Made by a program: the position numbers and the translations under genes | Shown here: piece by piece, positions 1 to 9,554 of the stretch | Numbering within the stretch: position 1 is the first letter of the stretch | How the letters are laid out: each line of letters begins with the position of its first letter | The notes under the pieces: generated by a model | Database searches by the model: none | Seen by the model: the letters and a program-made list of their open reading frames with translations, nothing else | What the model was told of the DNA's origin: nothing | Assembly: GCA_016935195.1 (NCBI GenBank) | Contig: JAFGRL010000103.1 | Location: forward strand, 3,519 to 67,518 | Length of the DNA: 64,000 nucleotides | Source of the DNA: Sedimentisphaerales bacterium | Lineage (GTDB): Bacteria > Planctomycetota > Phycisphaerae > Sedimentisphaerales > Anaerobacaceae | Reading direction: 5' to 3'

Positions 1-213
1 GACTACCTTGTTGGAAAAGCTTTATTTGTTTATTGGCCAAGTGGTTTCGAGCTGCCCTGGCCGAAGAGCCTGAAACTGTTCTTATCGAGAAACAGCCGGG
101 CCAACCCCCTGTTTAGAATAATGAACGCAATTGTTTCCTTAAAATGTATACCCAACATAGCCCGGATGCAGTTTATCTACGGCGGCTCCGGTGCTCCTTC
201 GCATCTGAATTGA
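1..213 (+). CDS. 3' end of a signal peptidase I-like gene (partial, runs off the window)
   Basis: Frame 1 is open from base 1 to TGA at 211-213. The translation begins DYLVGKALFVYWP, which resembles the conserved C-terminal box of type I signal peptidases. Confidence 0.45.
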   Translation, partial: DYLVGKALFVYWPSGFELPWPKSLKLFLSRNSRANPLFRIMNAIVSLKCIPNIARMQFIYGGSGAPSHLN

Positions 214-289
214 CAGATAAGCTTTCTTATGCATAAAAAAGCTATAAACAGCATCCCAAATTCACGACGGAAGGATGGCAACCTTATCC

Positions 290-856
290 TTATATGAAGT
301 GGACAACCAAAAACGCTTCAGCTTCTTTGTCTCCCACATTCTTCATCGAATGGATTACGTCCGCCTTGTAGTAAACTGAATCTGCGCTGCTTAGTTCAGT
401 TTCTTCATCGGCACTTGTTATTAGCAACTTTCCCGACACTACATAAAGAAACTCCTCGGCGCCGACAAAATGCGGTTGGCTGACGTGCTCTCCGCCTACT
501 CCCAGCTTGATCAGATAAAACTCGATATCTTTCTCACGGTCAAGCGGACTTAAGGTGCGGATTTCAAAGCGTTCGCTCTTGTTAACTAAAGTATAATGCT
601 TGTCATCTCCATAAAGAACGTACAAGATATTCTTCCGTGGACCTTGATCCAATAAACTACCGATTTCCATTTCCAAGGCATCTGCCATCTTCAGCATCAG
701 GGCCACAGTCGGATTTGCCTTGCCCTGTTCAATCTGACTTATCATAGATTTGGAAACGCCGGCAATATTGGATAATTGCTCAAGAGTCAAGTTTTTCGCT
801 GCCCTAACAGCCCTTAATCTTGCTCCAATGTTTCGAGAATTATTTGTCTTGGACAT
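290..856 (-). CDS. XRE-family HTH transcriptional regulator with C-terminal cupin domain
   Basis: The N-terminus (LTLEQLSNIAGVSKSMISQIEQGKANPT) is a classic HTH_3 motif. The C-terminal half (FYLIKLGVGGE..H...EEFLYVVSGKL) is cupin-like. Confidence 0.8.
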   Translation of the reverse strand: MSKTNNSRNIGARLRAVRAAKNLTLEQLSNIAGVSKSMISQIEQGKANPTVALMLKMADALEMEIGSLLDQGPRKNILYVLYGDDKHYTLVNKSERFEIRTLSPLDREKDIEFYLIKLGVGGEHVSQPHFVGAEEFLYVVSGKLLITSADEETELSSADSVYYKADVIHSMKNVGDKEAEAFLVVHFI

Positions 857-1101
857 ACTGAGCTTTCATAAGTGAAATATGTTTTGCCTGCCCTCACTTA
901 GGGTTATGGCTCTTAGGCTGCGAACGTTACAACATAACAAAACAAGGCTGCCGAACACACATCCTTAGTATTGGGTAGAACATAATAGAAAATGCCAATT
1001 TATGCAAGTGCCTTGTGAAAAAAATGGTTAACTAATTGTTCTGTTGCCTGTAGTAAAATATTGAAAAAAGTGATTTTTCACGTGTATTGCTGTCATTGAT
1101 A

Positions 1102-1110
1102 TGGTATAAT
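1102..1110 (+). promoter_or_regulatory. Candidate extended -10 promoter element (TGgTATAAT) upstream of the secreted-protein genes
   Basis: tggtataat lies at 1102-1110, about 165 nt upstream of the ATG at 1277. An imperfect inverted repeat GTGAtttttTCAC sits just upstream. There is no clear -35. Confidence 0.3.
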
Positions 1111-1276
1111 TAAATTGTGGATGAGGTAGATAGTTTAGCTAATGTGGCTGGCCGAAAAAACCAAAGGAGCGAGGGTAAAAACCAATACCTGCGAAATAGT
1201 CTCTCTCTTTCAGTTTGTCAGCCTTTTTGCCAGACGATTCAGAAATAGGGTTTTAGCTATAAAAGGACTTAATATT

Positions 1277-4200
1277 ATGGGAAAGAGTTTACTTACATTC
1301 ATAGTTTTGGTTAGTTTCACATCCGGTGCCTCAGCGGTAAATGTCTGGTGGTACGGCACTTATGACAATGATTGGTTTAATCAGAAGAATTACTCAAACA
1401 ACGCCGTCCCCGGTACCGACACAGGCGTCAACTGGTCTAACTCAGGCGTTGGGCCAAGATACCCAATAGTGATAAATTCCGGCAGTGCCCTCTGCAGCTC
1501 ACTGTGGTCATACAATGAATACGACAGTCACACTAGGATGACCATAGCGGGTGGGACTCTTACCAGCAGCTCGGGGTATCTGCTCGCCGGCAGCGGCAGC
1601 ATCGAAGGAGATTCGACCTTTTATTTGCAGGGCGGTGCCGTGAACTTCCCGCGAGTGATTGTCGGTGCCGATATTTACGGCGGTAATGGGACAGGCACAC
1701 TGCATATGACAGGGGGAACACTGACGACACCATCGCTCGAGCTCAACAAAGCCGGCGACAAAGGTGTTATTAACCTCTACGGCGGCACGATAAATGCAAC
1801 AGCCTTTGCAATGGAATCGAGCCACCGAGTGGATATTACCTACGGCACAATGATACTCGATGGTAACAAGACCGGCACTATTAACACCTACATAAACAAC
1901 GGCTGGATGGTTGGCTTTGGCGGCAACGGCACAGTGCTTGTAGATTACGGCAATATCACTCCCAATAAGACAACCGTAACGGCTCAGTGCGATGTCGCCT
2001 GGAATCCGGATCCAAAAGATGGTCAGGAAAATGTGGGGCTTTATGCAGACCTTAGCTGGTCGCCAGGGGATTATTACTCACCCACAGAAGGTTATAACGT
2101 TTACTTTGGAACCGATTTCAATGACGTCAACGATTTCACTGACCCTTATACACCTCCTGGCAGGGGAAATCAACTGGAAGATACCTATGACCCGTGGCCT
2201 TTGGATGTAAATACCACCTACTACTGGCGAATCGATGAGGTAAACGACTTTCTGCCGCTTAAAGGAAATGTCTGGAGCTTTAGGGTAGGCTCCGGCAGCC
2301 CGTATGACGACTACATCATCGATTTTTCCATAAGCACCGGCGACAACCATTATCTGCCTGATTGGCTTCCTGTCGAATCGCCCAATGCTATTGACGATGT
2401 GTTCGATATGCTAAAAGACGTCTATAATACAAGGCGAATTTACTGGCGGGGCCTGCAGGAACAGCAGTGGGCTGCCGAACCGGTTCTTCGCCCCGATTGG
2501 GGACATCCTACTTCAGTTAGTGCCTTTAAATGGTTTGAGCATCTCGTTAAAGATGTAAACCTGGACCCGTATGCCGTCCAGGCTGCTCATTCACGGGGGA
2601 TGGAAATATGGGGCACGGGTAATTTATTTGACTGGGGCTCATCGCCCGAGGTGCCAATCAATACTTTCCCGTGTGCACACGAAACCCAGTGCCGCGTTGA
2701 CCACCGCGAGTGGGTACCTGTCGACAAATACGGTGTCCGCAGACAGGGTGGGCCCGTGGAATTAGCGTATCCTGAGGCCAGAGAAAAGTTAATAGACATA
2801 TTTGTTACCGAGAGTGTAAAGGCCGGCTATGACGGCATGTTGCTGCTGGCATTTGCCGAGAATTACTGCATGCGCTTCCAGGACGAGTTCGGCTTTAATG
2901 ACCCGATAGTTGACGAATTTAAGAGCCGTTACGGCGTTGATATTCGAACAGAGGCGTTTAACAGACAGGATTGGTACGACCTGCGAGGTGAATATGTTAC
3001 GCAGTTTCTTACTGAACTAAAGGCCGCACTTACTCCATATGGAATAAAGCTCGGCTTTGCCATCTATGGCGGAAATCCCAGCATCCCGGACGAACTGATA
3101 ATGGGCGGCAGCGGCATATCAACTGCAGGACATATAACTATGGATTACGAGACCTGGGTCCAGCAGGGTATAGTTGACCTGCTGCAGGTTACGCAAAAAG
3201 GAGGCCTGTCAAATAGACTTAATACCGTTGCAGAGCTGAATGATTTAACTATCGGAACTTCAACGGAAACTAATTTCAGAACAAGTCCTCCCTATGACAG
3301 TGACTTCCAGTCCTTTATGGAAGCCGGGATGGCCTCAGTTGCTGAGATAGGCGGGCCTGATGAACTTTTCCTGCTATATAGCAAGATCCCTGAACAGCCT
3401 CTATCAGCCCTGGAAGGTACTGATGTCTATAAGATTATGCGTGTCCTGGCACAGATAATGTATGGCCAGACATCGGCAACCGTTGCTGACGTTGCACCGT
3501 TTGTCTCACACCCCAATATATTGGTAAGAAGACTTGCTTTTCGTGCATTGGGAAGATTAGACGAGCCCGCAGGCCTGTCTTTGATAGAAGATGGACTAAA
3601 TGACCCCGAAGGTCCGGTCCGAAATGCCGCAATGGTGGCTCTTGGGGATACGACAGGCCCCGAGAGCGCCCAAAAGATACTCGATGCTATTGACAACTAT
3701 GGAAACCATATGCTCCATATAGCAGCTTTGTATTCACTTATTAACTGTGACGAGCCTTCAATTTCTGCCACAAGACAGTTATTGGCAAGCGCCATAGTCG
3801 GCCACGAGGATCCAATAGTCCGCGAGACTGCCGCACGTGTACTGGATATGATGATGGCATCGGACTCAATTGATGCAGCCATTTATGGAATGGGAGACCT
3901 GCATCCTGCCGTTAGATTCTATTGCACCGAAGCACTGAACAGCAGTGCTGCAGGCAGCAGTACGGTGGCAGTCGAGGCCCTGCTTAACGGGGTAAAAAAC
4001 GATGATATTATGGTTTCCAACAGGGCTGCTTTGGCTCTGGGCAACCTGGTTTCGATAGGCGGTTCAGCAGCGGTGGCACGTGAGTCTGAAATCCTCGAGG
4101 CACTCGGCCAGCTCTATCGTAAAACTGCCGGCAGTCTAAGTCAAAGAGCCGATGCCGAGTGGAGTTTCAGACCCGTAGGCAACGCCTTGCTTGATTTAGG

Positions 4201-4426
4201 CCCTGATGGCCAGGCTCTGCTGGAATCATTCAGAACCCAGCGGGCAGATATGAAGTTAGCTCAGAAAGCCTGGCTTTCGCTTTATATCCCCCAAAAAGAG
4301 GCACAGTTCGTCCTGGCAACCGAAGCTGAAAGCGACATTGCCTTTCAGCAACGTCCTGCTGCGTTTGGCTTTGAAGACCTTGCAGAGTTTCTCAAGCATT
4401 GGCTTGACTATGGACTGTTTCCATAA
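1277..4426 (+). CDS. Large secreted multidomain protein: signal peptide, paralogous N-terminal module, NP(D/S)P..VYFGT..YYWR.DEV..VWSF module, TIM-barrel glycoside-hydrolase-like middle, HEAT-type repeats
   Basis: The ORF is 1142-4426, but the signal peptide MGKSLLTFIVLVSFTSGASA starts at the ATG at 1277, preceded by aaggac. PBS-lyase/HEAT-like repeats are present (VRRLAFRALGRL, PVRNAAMVALGD, IVRETAARVLD, PAVRFYCTEAL). The hydrolase assignment is only suggestive. Confidence 0.65.
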   Translation: MGKSLLTFIVLVSFTSGASAVNVWWYGTYDNDWFNQKNYSNNAVPGTDTGVNWSNSGVGPRYPIVINSGSALCSSLWSYNEYDSHTRMTIAGGTLTSSSGYLLAGSGSIEGDSTFYLQGGAVNFPRVIVGADIYGGNGTGTLHMTGGTLTTPSLELNKAGDKGVINLYGGTINATAFAMESSHRVDITYGTMILDGNKTGTINTYINNGWMVGFGGNGTVLVDYGNITPNKTTVTAQCDVAWNPDPKDGQENVGLYADLSWSPGDYYSPTEGYNVYFGTDFNDVNDFTDPYTPPGRGNQLEDTYDPWPLDVNTTYYWRIDEVNDFLPLKGNVWSFRVGSGSPYDDYIIDFSISTGDNHYLPDWLPVESPNAIDDVFDMLKDVYNTRRIYWRGLQEQQWAAEPVLRPDWGHPTSVSAFKWFEHLVKDVNLDPYAVQAAHSRGMEIWGTGNLFDWGSSPEVPINTFPCAHETQCRVDHREWVPVDKYGVRRQGGPVELAYPEAREKLIDIFVTESVKAGYDGMLLLAFAENYCMRFQDEFGFNDPIVDEFKSRYGVDIRTEAFNRQDWYDLRGEYVTQFLTELKAALTPYGIKLGFAIYGGNPSIPDELIMGGSGISTAGHITMDYETWVQQGIVDLLQVTQKGGLSNRLNTVAELNDLTIGTSTETNFRTSPPYDSDFQSFMEAGMASVAEIGGPDELFLLYSKIPEQPLSALEGTDVYKIMRVLAQIMYGQTSATVADVAPFVSHPNILVRRLAFRALGRLDEPAGLSLIEDGLNDPEGPVRNAAMVALGDTTGPESAQKILDAIDNYGNHMLHIAALYSLINCDEPSISATRQLLASAIVGHEDPIVRETAARVLDMMMASDSIDAAIYGMGDLHPAVRFYCTEALNSSAAGSSTVAVEALLNGVKNDDIMVSNRAALALGNLVSIGGSAAVARESEILEALGQLYRKTAGSLSQRADAEWSFRPVGNALLDLGPDGQALLESFRTQRADMKLAQKAWLSLYIPQKEAQFVLATEAESDIAFQQRPAAFGFEDLAEFLKHWLDYGLFP

Positions 4427-4462
4427 TACTGAATCACGAACTATTATTGAGGAAATATATCG

Positions 4463-6145
4463 ATGTGCAAAAAATTAACCCTTAACGTTTTACTTGTTAC
4501 AGTGATATTGCTTACATCCAGTGGTCGTGCAGTAAACTGCTGGTGGCTTGGCACTGAAAATGACGGTGATTGGTTTAATGCAGATAATTACTCGAACAGC
4601 TCTGTTCCCCAGACCGATATAGGTGTTAACTGGTCTATATCAGGCCTGTCCTATGCCCCAATCAATATCACCTCAGGCGATGCAGTGTGCTCCTCGCTGT
4701 GGTCATACAACGAATCTAACAGCCACACCACCATGTATATGTCAGGTGGCACTTTGACCGGTGGAGCGAATCCCGCTTACATATTGATCGGCAGCGGCAG
4801 CCCTTCCGGCAACTCCACATTTTATCTAAGCGACGGGGACGTCGTTTGGGCCAGAGTTATTGTCGGCCATGATATATCTACTGGTGATGGAACCGGTATT
4901 TTGCATATGACCGGCGGAACGCTGACGACGCCATCGCTTGAACTCAACAAAGCAGGCGCCAAGGGGATTATAAATCTGTACGGCGGAACCATCTATGTTA
5001 CCGGCAGCATCTATATGGATGCAACCCATCTAATTGACATCACTGATGGCACTATGATACTCGACGGAATGGTAACCGGTACCATCCAGGGATATATCGA
5101 TAACAGCTGGATTGTAGCCTACGGCGGTACCGACCCAAGAGCTTATGTTGATAACTATTTCGACGTTGGCACCAATAAAACTATTGTTGCCGCTGCCAAG
5201 ACCGACCCAGGCAAGGCCTGGAATCCCAGCCATACCGGTGATATGAAACCTTCGCAAAAGATTCTTACCTGGGAGGCTGGCGACTATACCGACAAACACA
5301 CAGTCTATTTCGGAACCAGCCTGTCTGACGTAAATGAAACCGCAACACCAGTAAGTTTTCAACAGGATGCAAACAGCTTCGGCCCAGTCGCACTTGAACT
5401 TGGCCTGAGCTATTTCTGGCGGGTTGATGAGGTAAATCTTTCTGAACCGAATACCTGGACAGGCGACATTTGGAGCTTCACCATTGACAGCTATCTTCTT
5501 GTCGATGATATGGAATCATATGATACCGACGCCAACAGGATATTTTATACCTGGCTATGCGGCTGGTGGGACCTTACATCGGGCTCATTAGTTGTAGAAG
5601 AGCTCACCGACCCTGATAAGATACACTCAGGTGCTAAGTCTATGGAGTTTGTATATGACAACACCGGAAGAGGTGTCGGCGTGCCATATTTCTCAGAGGC
5701 CAAGCGCGAGTATGCAACCTCTCAGGACTGGAGTTTTGATGGTCAGCTCAAGGCTTTGGCTCTATGGTTCAAAGGCAGTGCTGACAATAACAGCCTAAAC
5801 GCCCAACTGTACATAGCCTTATCCGATGACGACAGCACATCGGTTAAATTTCACCCTGATGCTAATGCTGTAAAGTGTACTGACTGGCAGCAGTGGAATA
5901 TTGCACTTGATGATTTTTCATCTGTTGAGCAGGAGAATATCAGAACTGTTTACATAGGCTTCGGCGACAGGGATAGCCATCCTGACCCCGGCGGCAAAGG
6001 CACGGTCCACTTTGATGATATTATAGTATATCCAACCCGCTGCATAACTGAGCAGGAGTACGACCTCAACGCCGATTGTGTAGTTAATTTTCAGGACCTG
6101 GCTATCTTTGCCGACGGGTGGCTAAACAAAGAAATATGGTATTAG
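4463..6145 (+). CDS. Secreted protein, paralog of the upstream gene in its N-terminal ~220 aa, with a CBM-like beta-sandwich and a dockerin-like C-terminus
   Basis: Signal peptide MCKKLTLNVLLVTVILLTSSGRA follows an RBS gagga. The N-terminal module aligns with 1277..4426 (LHMTGGTLTTPSLELNKAG is identical in both). The C-terminal DLNADCVVNFQDLAIFADGWL is a dockerin-type repeat. Confidence 0.7.
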   Translation: MCKKLTLNVLLVTVILLTSSGRAVNCWWLGTENDGDWFNADNYSNSSVPQTDIGVNWSISGLSYAPINITSGDAVCSSLWSYNESNSHTTMYMSGGTLTGGANPAYILIGSGSPSGNSTFYLSDGDVVWARVIVGHDISTGDGTGILHMTGGTLTTPSLELNKAGAKGIINLYGGTIYVTGSIYMDATHLIDITDGTMILDGMVTGTIQGYIDNSWIVAYGGTDPRAYVDNYFDVGTNKTIVAAAKTDPGKAWNPSHTGDMKPSQKILTWEAGDYTDKHTVYFGTSLSDVNETATPVSFQQDANSFGPVALELGLSYFWRVDEVNLSEPNTWTGDIWSFTIDSYLLVDDMESYDTDANRIFYTWLCGWWDLTSGSLVVEELTDPDKIHSGAKSMEFVYDNTGRGVGVPYFSEAKREYATSQDWSFDGQLKALALWFKGSADNNSLNAQLYIALSDDDSTSVKFHPDANAVKCTDWQQWNIALDDFSSVEQENIRTVYIGFGDRDSHPDPGGKGTVHFDDIIVYPTRCITEQEYDLNADCVVNFQDLAIFADGWLNKEIWY

Positions 6146-6418
6146 CAGTTGCAGCCATATATCCCGGCACATCTTGAAAAATTTGACATAAAATTCTAAA
6201 AAAACCTTGGCTACTATATTTTTGGTCTGAGGCATCATTATAAGTGCAGCTTGCACCTAATCACGAGGTCAAGCCGAATTATCACATACCTCAGTTGTTC
6301 GAAAAAACACCATAATTTTTAAGAAACTTTTAAGCGACCTCTGTTTTCGCTCGATATTTAATAGTGCATATAGTTTTAAGATTGATATGCAATTTATAGA
6401 CCTTAAGGGAGTTCGCGA

Positions 6419-7219
6419 ATGCAGATTCGATACGCTGTGTCCACGATGGTGTTTTGGTGGCGGGAGAATAATCTCTCCTTTGAGCAGGAATGCCAATTCC
6501 TGAGGTCTCTTGGCTTCGGAGTAGAGCTTTGGCCTAATATAAAAGGCCAGGATGAATGTCGTTACCAAAGGCGTAATTGGCCGAGACTTGCAGGGGCCAC
6601 CGAAGGTATGTTAGTGGCGATGTGCGGCCGCAGAGACAGGCCAACTCTCCAGCAATGGGCAGAGCAGATTGAATGTGCCAAAATATTCGACGCTAACATC
6701 GTCACAGACCTGCAGAATCTTCGAATTCCCATTGGTCCAACGACCGATAACTGTGATTTCGCCGCTGATATAATAAAACTTGCAGATGACAGTAATGTGA
6801 AGTTATGTTTAGAAACCGGCCCTTTACCTGCGCTAAAACAAATCGGTGAAAAGTTCGAATCTATCCGGTATTGCTTGGATACCGGATATGCGAATCTGGA
6901 TCCGGCATATTCTTTCAAACAATACATTGATGGCTTAGCAGAAAGATTAGTTCACCTGCATTTGACCGATAACTACGGCCAGACCGACGACCATGAGCCC
7001 CCAGGTTTGCGGGGCGGCATATCCAGGGAAAACTGGAATTATCTTTTAGAAACTCTGAGCAAATACGACAACGAAGTAATTGGAACCCTCGAGATGTGTC
7101 CCTGCACGCCATCCGTGATGATTCGCCAGGCCAGCGAGTTTTTGTTTGACCAGTTAAGCTGGCCAAATCGGCCTGAGCATCAACCCGATTATACGCAACC
7201 CATCTATAATCCCACGTAG
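6419..7219 (+). CDS. Sugar phosphate isomerase/epimerase (xylose isomerase-like TIM barrel)
   Basis: The 266-aa length and motifs such as LVHLHLTDNYGQTDDHEPPG are typical of the AP-endonuclease 2/xylose isomerase-like family. Confidence 0.65.
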   Translation: MQIRYAVSTMVFWWRENNLSFEQECQFLRSLGFGVELWPNIKGQDECRYQRRNWPRLAGATEGMLVAMCGRRDRPTLQQWAEQIECAKIFDANIVTDLQNLRIPIGPTTDNCDFAADIIKLADDSNVKLCLETGPLPALKQIGEKFESIRYCLDTGYANLDPAYSFKQYIDGLAERLVHLHLTDNYGQTDDHEPPGLRGGISRENWNYLLETLSKYDNEVIGTLEMCPCTPSVMIRQASEFLFDQLSWPNRPEHQPDYTQPIYNPT

Positions 7220-7453
7220 AGTTTACCCAACAAATCCTTCCAAAGATGCCGTCTTGCTGACCTAAGGTGAATTAATATATTCTCAGACCAGGGGCCTTAT
7301 GTACGTCTTTAGCTTGCTGTGTTGGTCAAAGGTAGTTAAGAGCTAACATATTCTGCAAAATCTTTCCTTTGTTGCCGACACAGGAGAACCGTGAACCTTG
7401 TTGACACAAGCCGCCAATGCCAACGCTCATGGACCTATCTGCCTAGGATTTTC

Positions 7454-7482
7454 TTGACAATAGAGCACCTGAAGATTAAGGT
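7454..7482 (+). promoter_or_regulatory. Candidate sigma70-type promoter for tRNA-Gly
   Basis: TTGACA (7454-7459), a 17-nt spacer, then TAAGGT (7477-7482). The tRNA starts about 27 nt downstream. Confidence 0.4.
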
Positions 7483-7508
7483 ACGAAAATAAGATGGGCC
7501 GTAAGGTT

Positions 7509-7580
<72 letters not shown>

Positions 7581-7720
7581 TTTTTTAATAGATTTCTCGA
7601 ACCGCTGCGCTCACTCTAAATGACAGTTTCAATGCTAAGCAATAAGTCATTTTATTGCCAGTCACTACCCCCCCCCCCACTGCTTTGCGGTAACTTGGCG
7701 TTGATTTTGGCTTTAAATAT

Positions 7721-8851
7721 TTATTCTATGACGTGGATATTCTTCTTTTTGCACATATCCTTGAGCACTTTTGGCCAAACGGTGGCGCTGACCTCTCCGA
7801 TGTGGGCCTTTTTCATTAAAATCATAAAAGTGCGAGACTGGCCTATGCCTCCGCCTATACTAAGTGGGATTTGATTGTCTATAATGGCCTTGTGATACGG
7901 AAAGTTTAAGAAATCGAGCTGTCCGGACAGTTCAAGTTGCTTTTTCAAAGAATTTGCGTCAACGCGTATACCCATCGATGTAAGTTCGTGTCGTCGTTTT
8001 GTTACCGGATTCCAGACAAGAATGTCGCCATTAAGGCCGTGCATAATTCTGCCGTCCTCAGATTTTGTCTCAGTGACCCAGTCATCATAATCGGCCGCCC
8101 TCATTTCGTGTGGGTAGCCATCCATGAGCACCCAGCCGATACCGTAGATGAACATTGCGCCGAGTTCTTTGGCAATTTCTGTCTCACGCTGTTTGCGCGG
8201 CAGTTCATGGTATCTCTCAAGTATCTCTTCAGCGTGGATGAAAGTCAGCTCGTCGGGCAAGTCGGGGTATTTATCGGTTTTTAACTGCGGGAACATTTTC
8301 TGGACATGGATCTCGGCGCCTTTGATTACCTTCCATATTTTTTCTACAACTTCCTTTAAGAGCCGCAGGTTGCGCTGCTCTTCGGTTATCGCCAATTCCC
8401 AGTCCCACTGGTCAACATAGACGCTATGGTCATGGTCAAGAAAGTAATCTTTGCGAATGGCGCGCATATCTGTTACCAAACCTTCGCCGGGTTTCATTCC
8501 AAACTGTTTTAAGGCCATACGCTTCCATTTTGTTGCGGCCTGTACGACCTGAGCATCGATTGGGTTTTTGTCGTAGTCATTTGAAATATGGAACTGAATC
8601 GGTGTTCGAGAACCGTCTCGGTCCAGCATATCGTTCACGCCGCTTTGAACATCTACGATGAGCGGGACCGTAACCCGAATAAGGTTAAGCTCTCTGCAAA
8701 GGTTCTCCTCAATATAATCTTTAGCAGCGTAGATAGCCAGTTGAGTTTGCCTGGGGGATAACAAAGAAGTATAGTCCTGCGGCAAAATTTTGTCCAATTC
8801 TGCATAATCGCCGATACCAGGACCGGCAAGGTCTGCTTTTTTGTCAGCCAT
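7721..8851 (-). CDS. asnA: Aspartate--ammonia ligase (asparagine synthetase A)
   Basis: The protein matches E. coli AsnA as I recall it along its length: HSVYVDQWDWE, LNGDILVWNP, ELSSMGIRVD, IGGGIGQSR. Confidence 0.9.
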   Translation of the reverse strand: MADKKADLAGPGIGDYAELDKILPQDYTSLLSPRQTQLAIYAAKDYIEENLCRELNLIRVTVPLIVDVQSGVNDMLDRDGSRTPIQFHISNDYDKNPIDAQVVQAATKWKRMALKQFGMKPGEGLVTDMRAIRKDYFLDHDHSVYVDQWDWELAITEEQRNLRLLKEVVEKIWKVIKGAEIHVQKMFPQLKTDKYPDLPDELTFIHAEEILERYHELPRKQRETEIAKELGAMFIYGIGWVLMDGYPHEMRAADYDDWVTETKSEDGRIMHGLNGDILVWNPVTKRRHELTSMGIRVDANSLKKQLELSGQLDFLNFPYHKAIIDNQIPLSIGGGIGQSRTFMILMKKAHIGEVSATVWPKVLKDMCKKKNIHVIE

Positions 8852-8889
8852 TTCTGTCTCCTAAAAGTTTCGTTGATGAATTCAGGTAA

Positions 8890-9507
8890 TTATGCTCGAA
8901 TGATGTCGGTTATTTTCATTAATCTAGTGATATTGTCGCGTTCGATTTCCGTCAGCTTGTCAAAAATAAACCTGATAGTCTCATGCAGATTCGGTATCAC
9001 AATGTGCTCAAGAACGTTGACACGCCGACGGGTCATCTGCAGCTCAACTGCCAGAAGATAGGCCTGTTTTTCTTTCTCAGCCAGTTTAATCAGGCCATCG
9101 AATGCCTTTTCCAGCTGCATCAGAGCAATATCAAGCTCTCCAGAAGTTGACGCAAAACCATAACAGATGACTTGACCTTCTGTCTCGCTCTTTAATTGCG
9201 GAACCTTAACATTCATTATTCTGGCGAAGTTTACCGCCAGCCGGACCTGCTTTACAGGAACTTCAAGTGCAGCTTTGGCCTCTTCCGGTTCCGTTATACC
9301 TTGCGCCAGTATAAAACGCCCAAAAGCCCCTCTTAGCTGTGAAAGCACTTCCTTTCGCAAAGGTTGTATTTCCTTAGCAATTTTAAGCAGGTTTCTGCTG
9401 ATTTCGTCCCTCTTTTCGCTTAGCAGATAGTGTCCACGGCCAGCCAGGGCTACACGCCTGCGAAGCTGCAGCAATTCCATTCTTGTCGCATTTACATTAG
9501 TTAACAT
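8890..9507 (-). CDS. ntpD: V/A-type ATPase subunit D
   Basis: A 205-aa coiled-coil protein beginning NATRMELLQLRRRVALA (V-ATPase D signature). It is the last gene of the ntp operon. Confidence 0.85.
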   Translation of the reverse strand: MLTNVNATRMELLQLRRRVALAGRGHYLLSEKRDEISRNLLKIAKEIQPLRKEVLSQLRGAFGRFILAQGITEPEEAKAALEVPVKQVRLAVNFARIMNVKVPQLKSETEGQVICYGFASTSGELDIALMQLEKAFDGLIKLAEKEKQAYLLAVELQMTRRRVNVLEHIVIPNLHETIRFIFDKLTEIERDNITRLMKITDIIRA

Positions 9508-9554
9508 TGTCTGTGGCCATCAAGTGCTAAAATAACTACAAATGAACTCCTGTC

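Noticed and set aside
1142-1276. N-terminal 45-codon extension of the 1094-aa ORF
   Set aside because: The extension has no signal-peptide character. A canonical signal peptide begins at the internal ATG at 1277, which has its own purine-rich RBS, and the paralog downstream starts directly with its signal peptide.
7668-7678. 11-nt poly-C run as a phase-variation switch
   Set aside because: It lies between the convergent 3' ends of tRNA-Gly and asnA, not in a promoter or coding region. It is more likely a neutral homopolymer or an assembly-sensitive tract.
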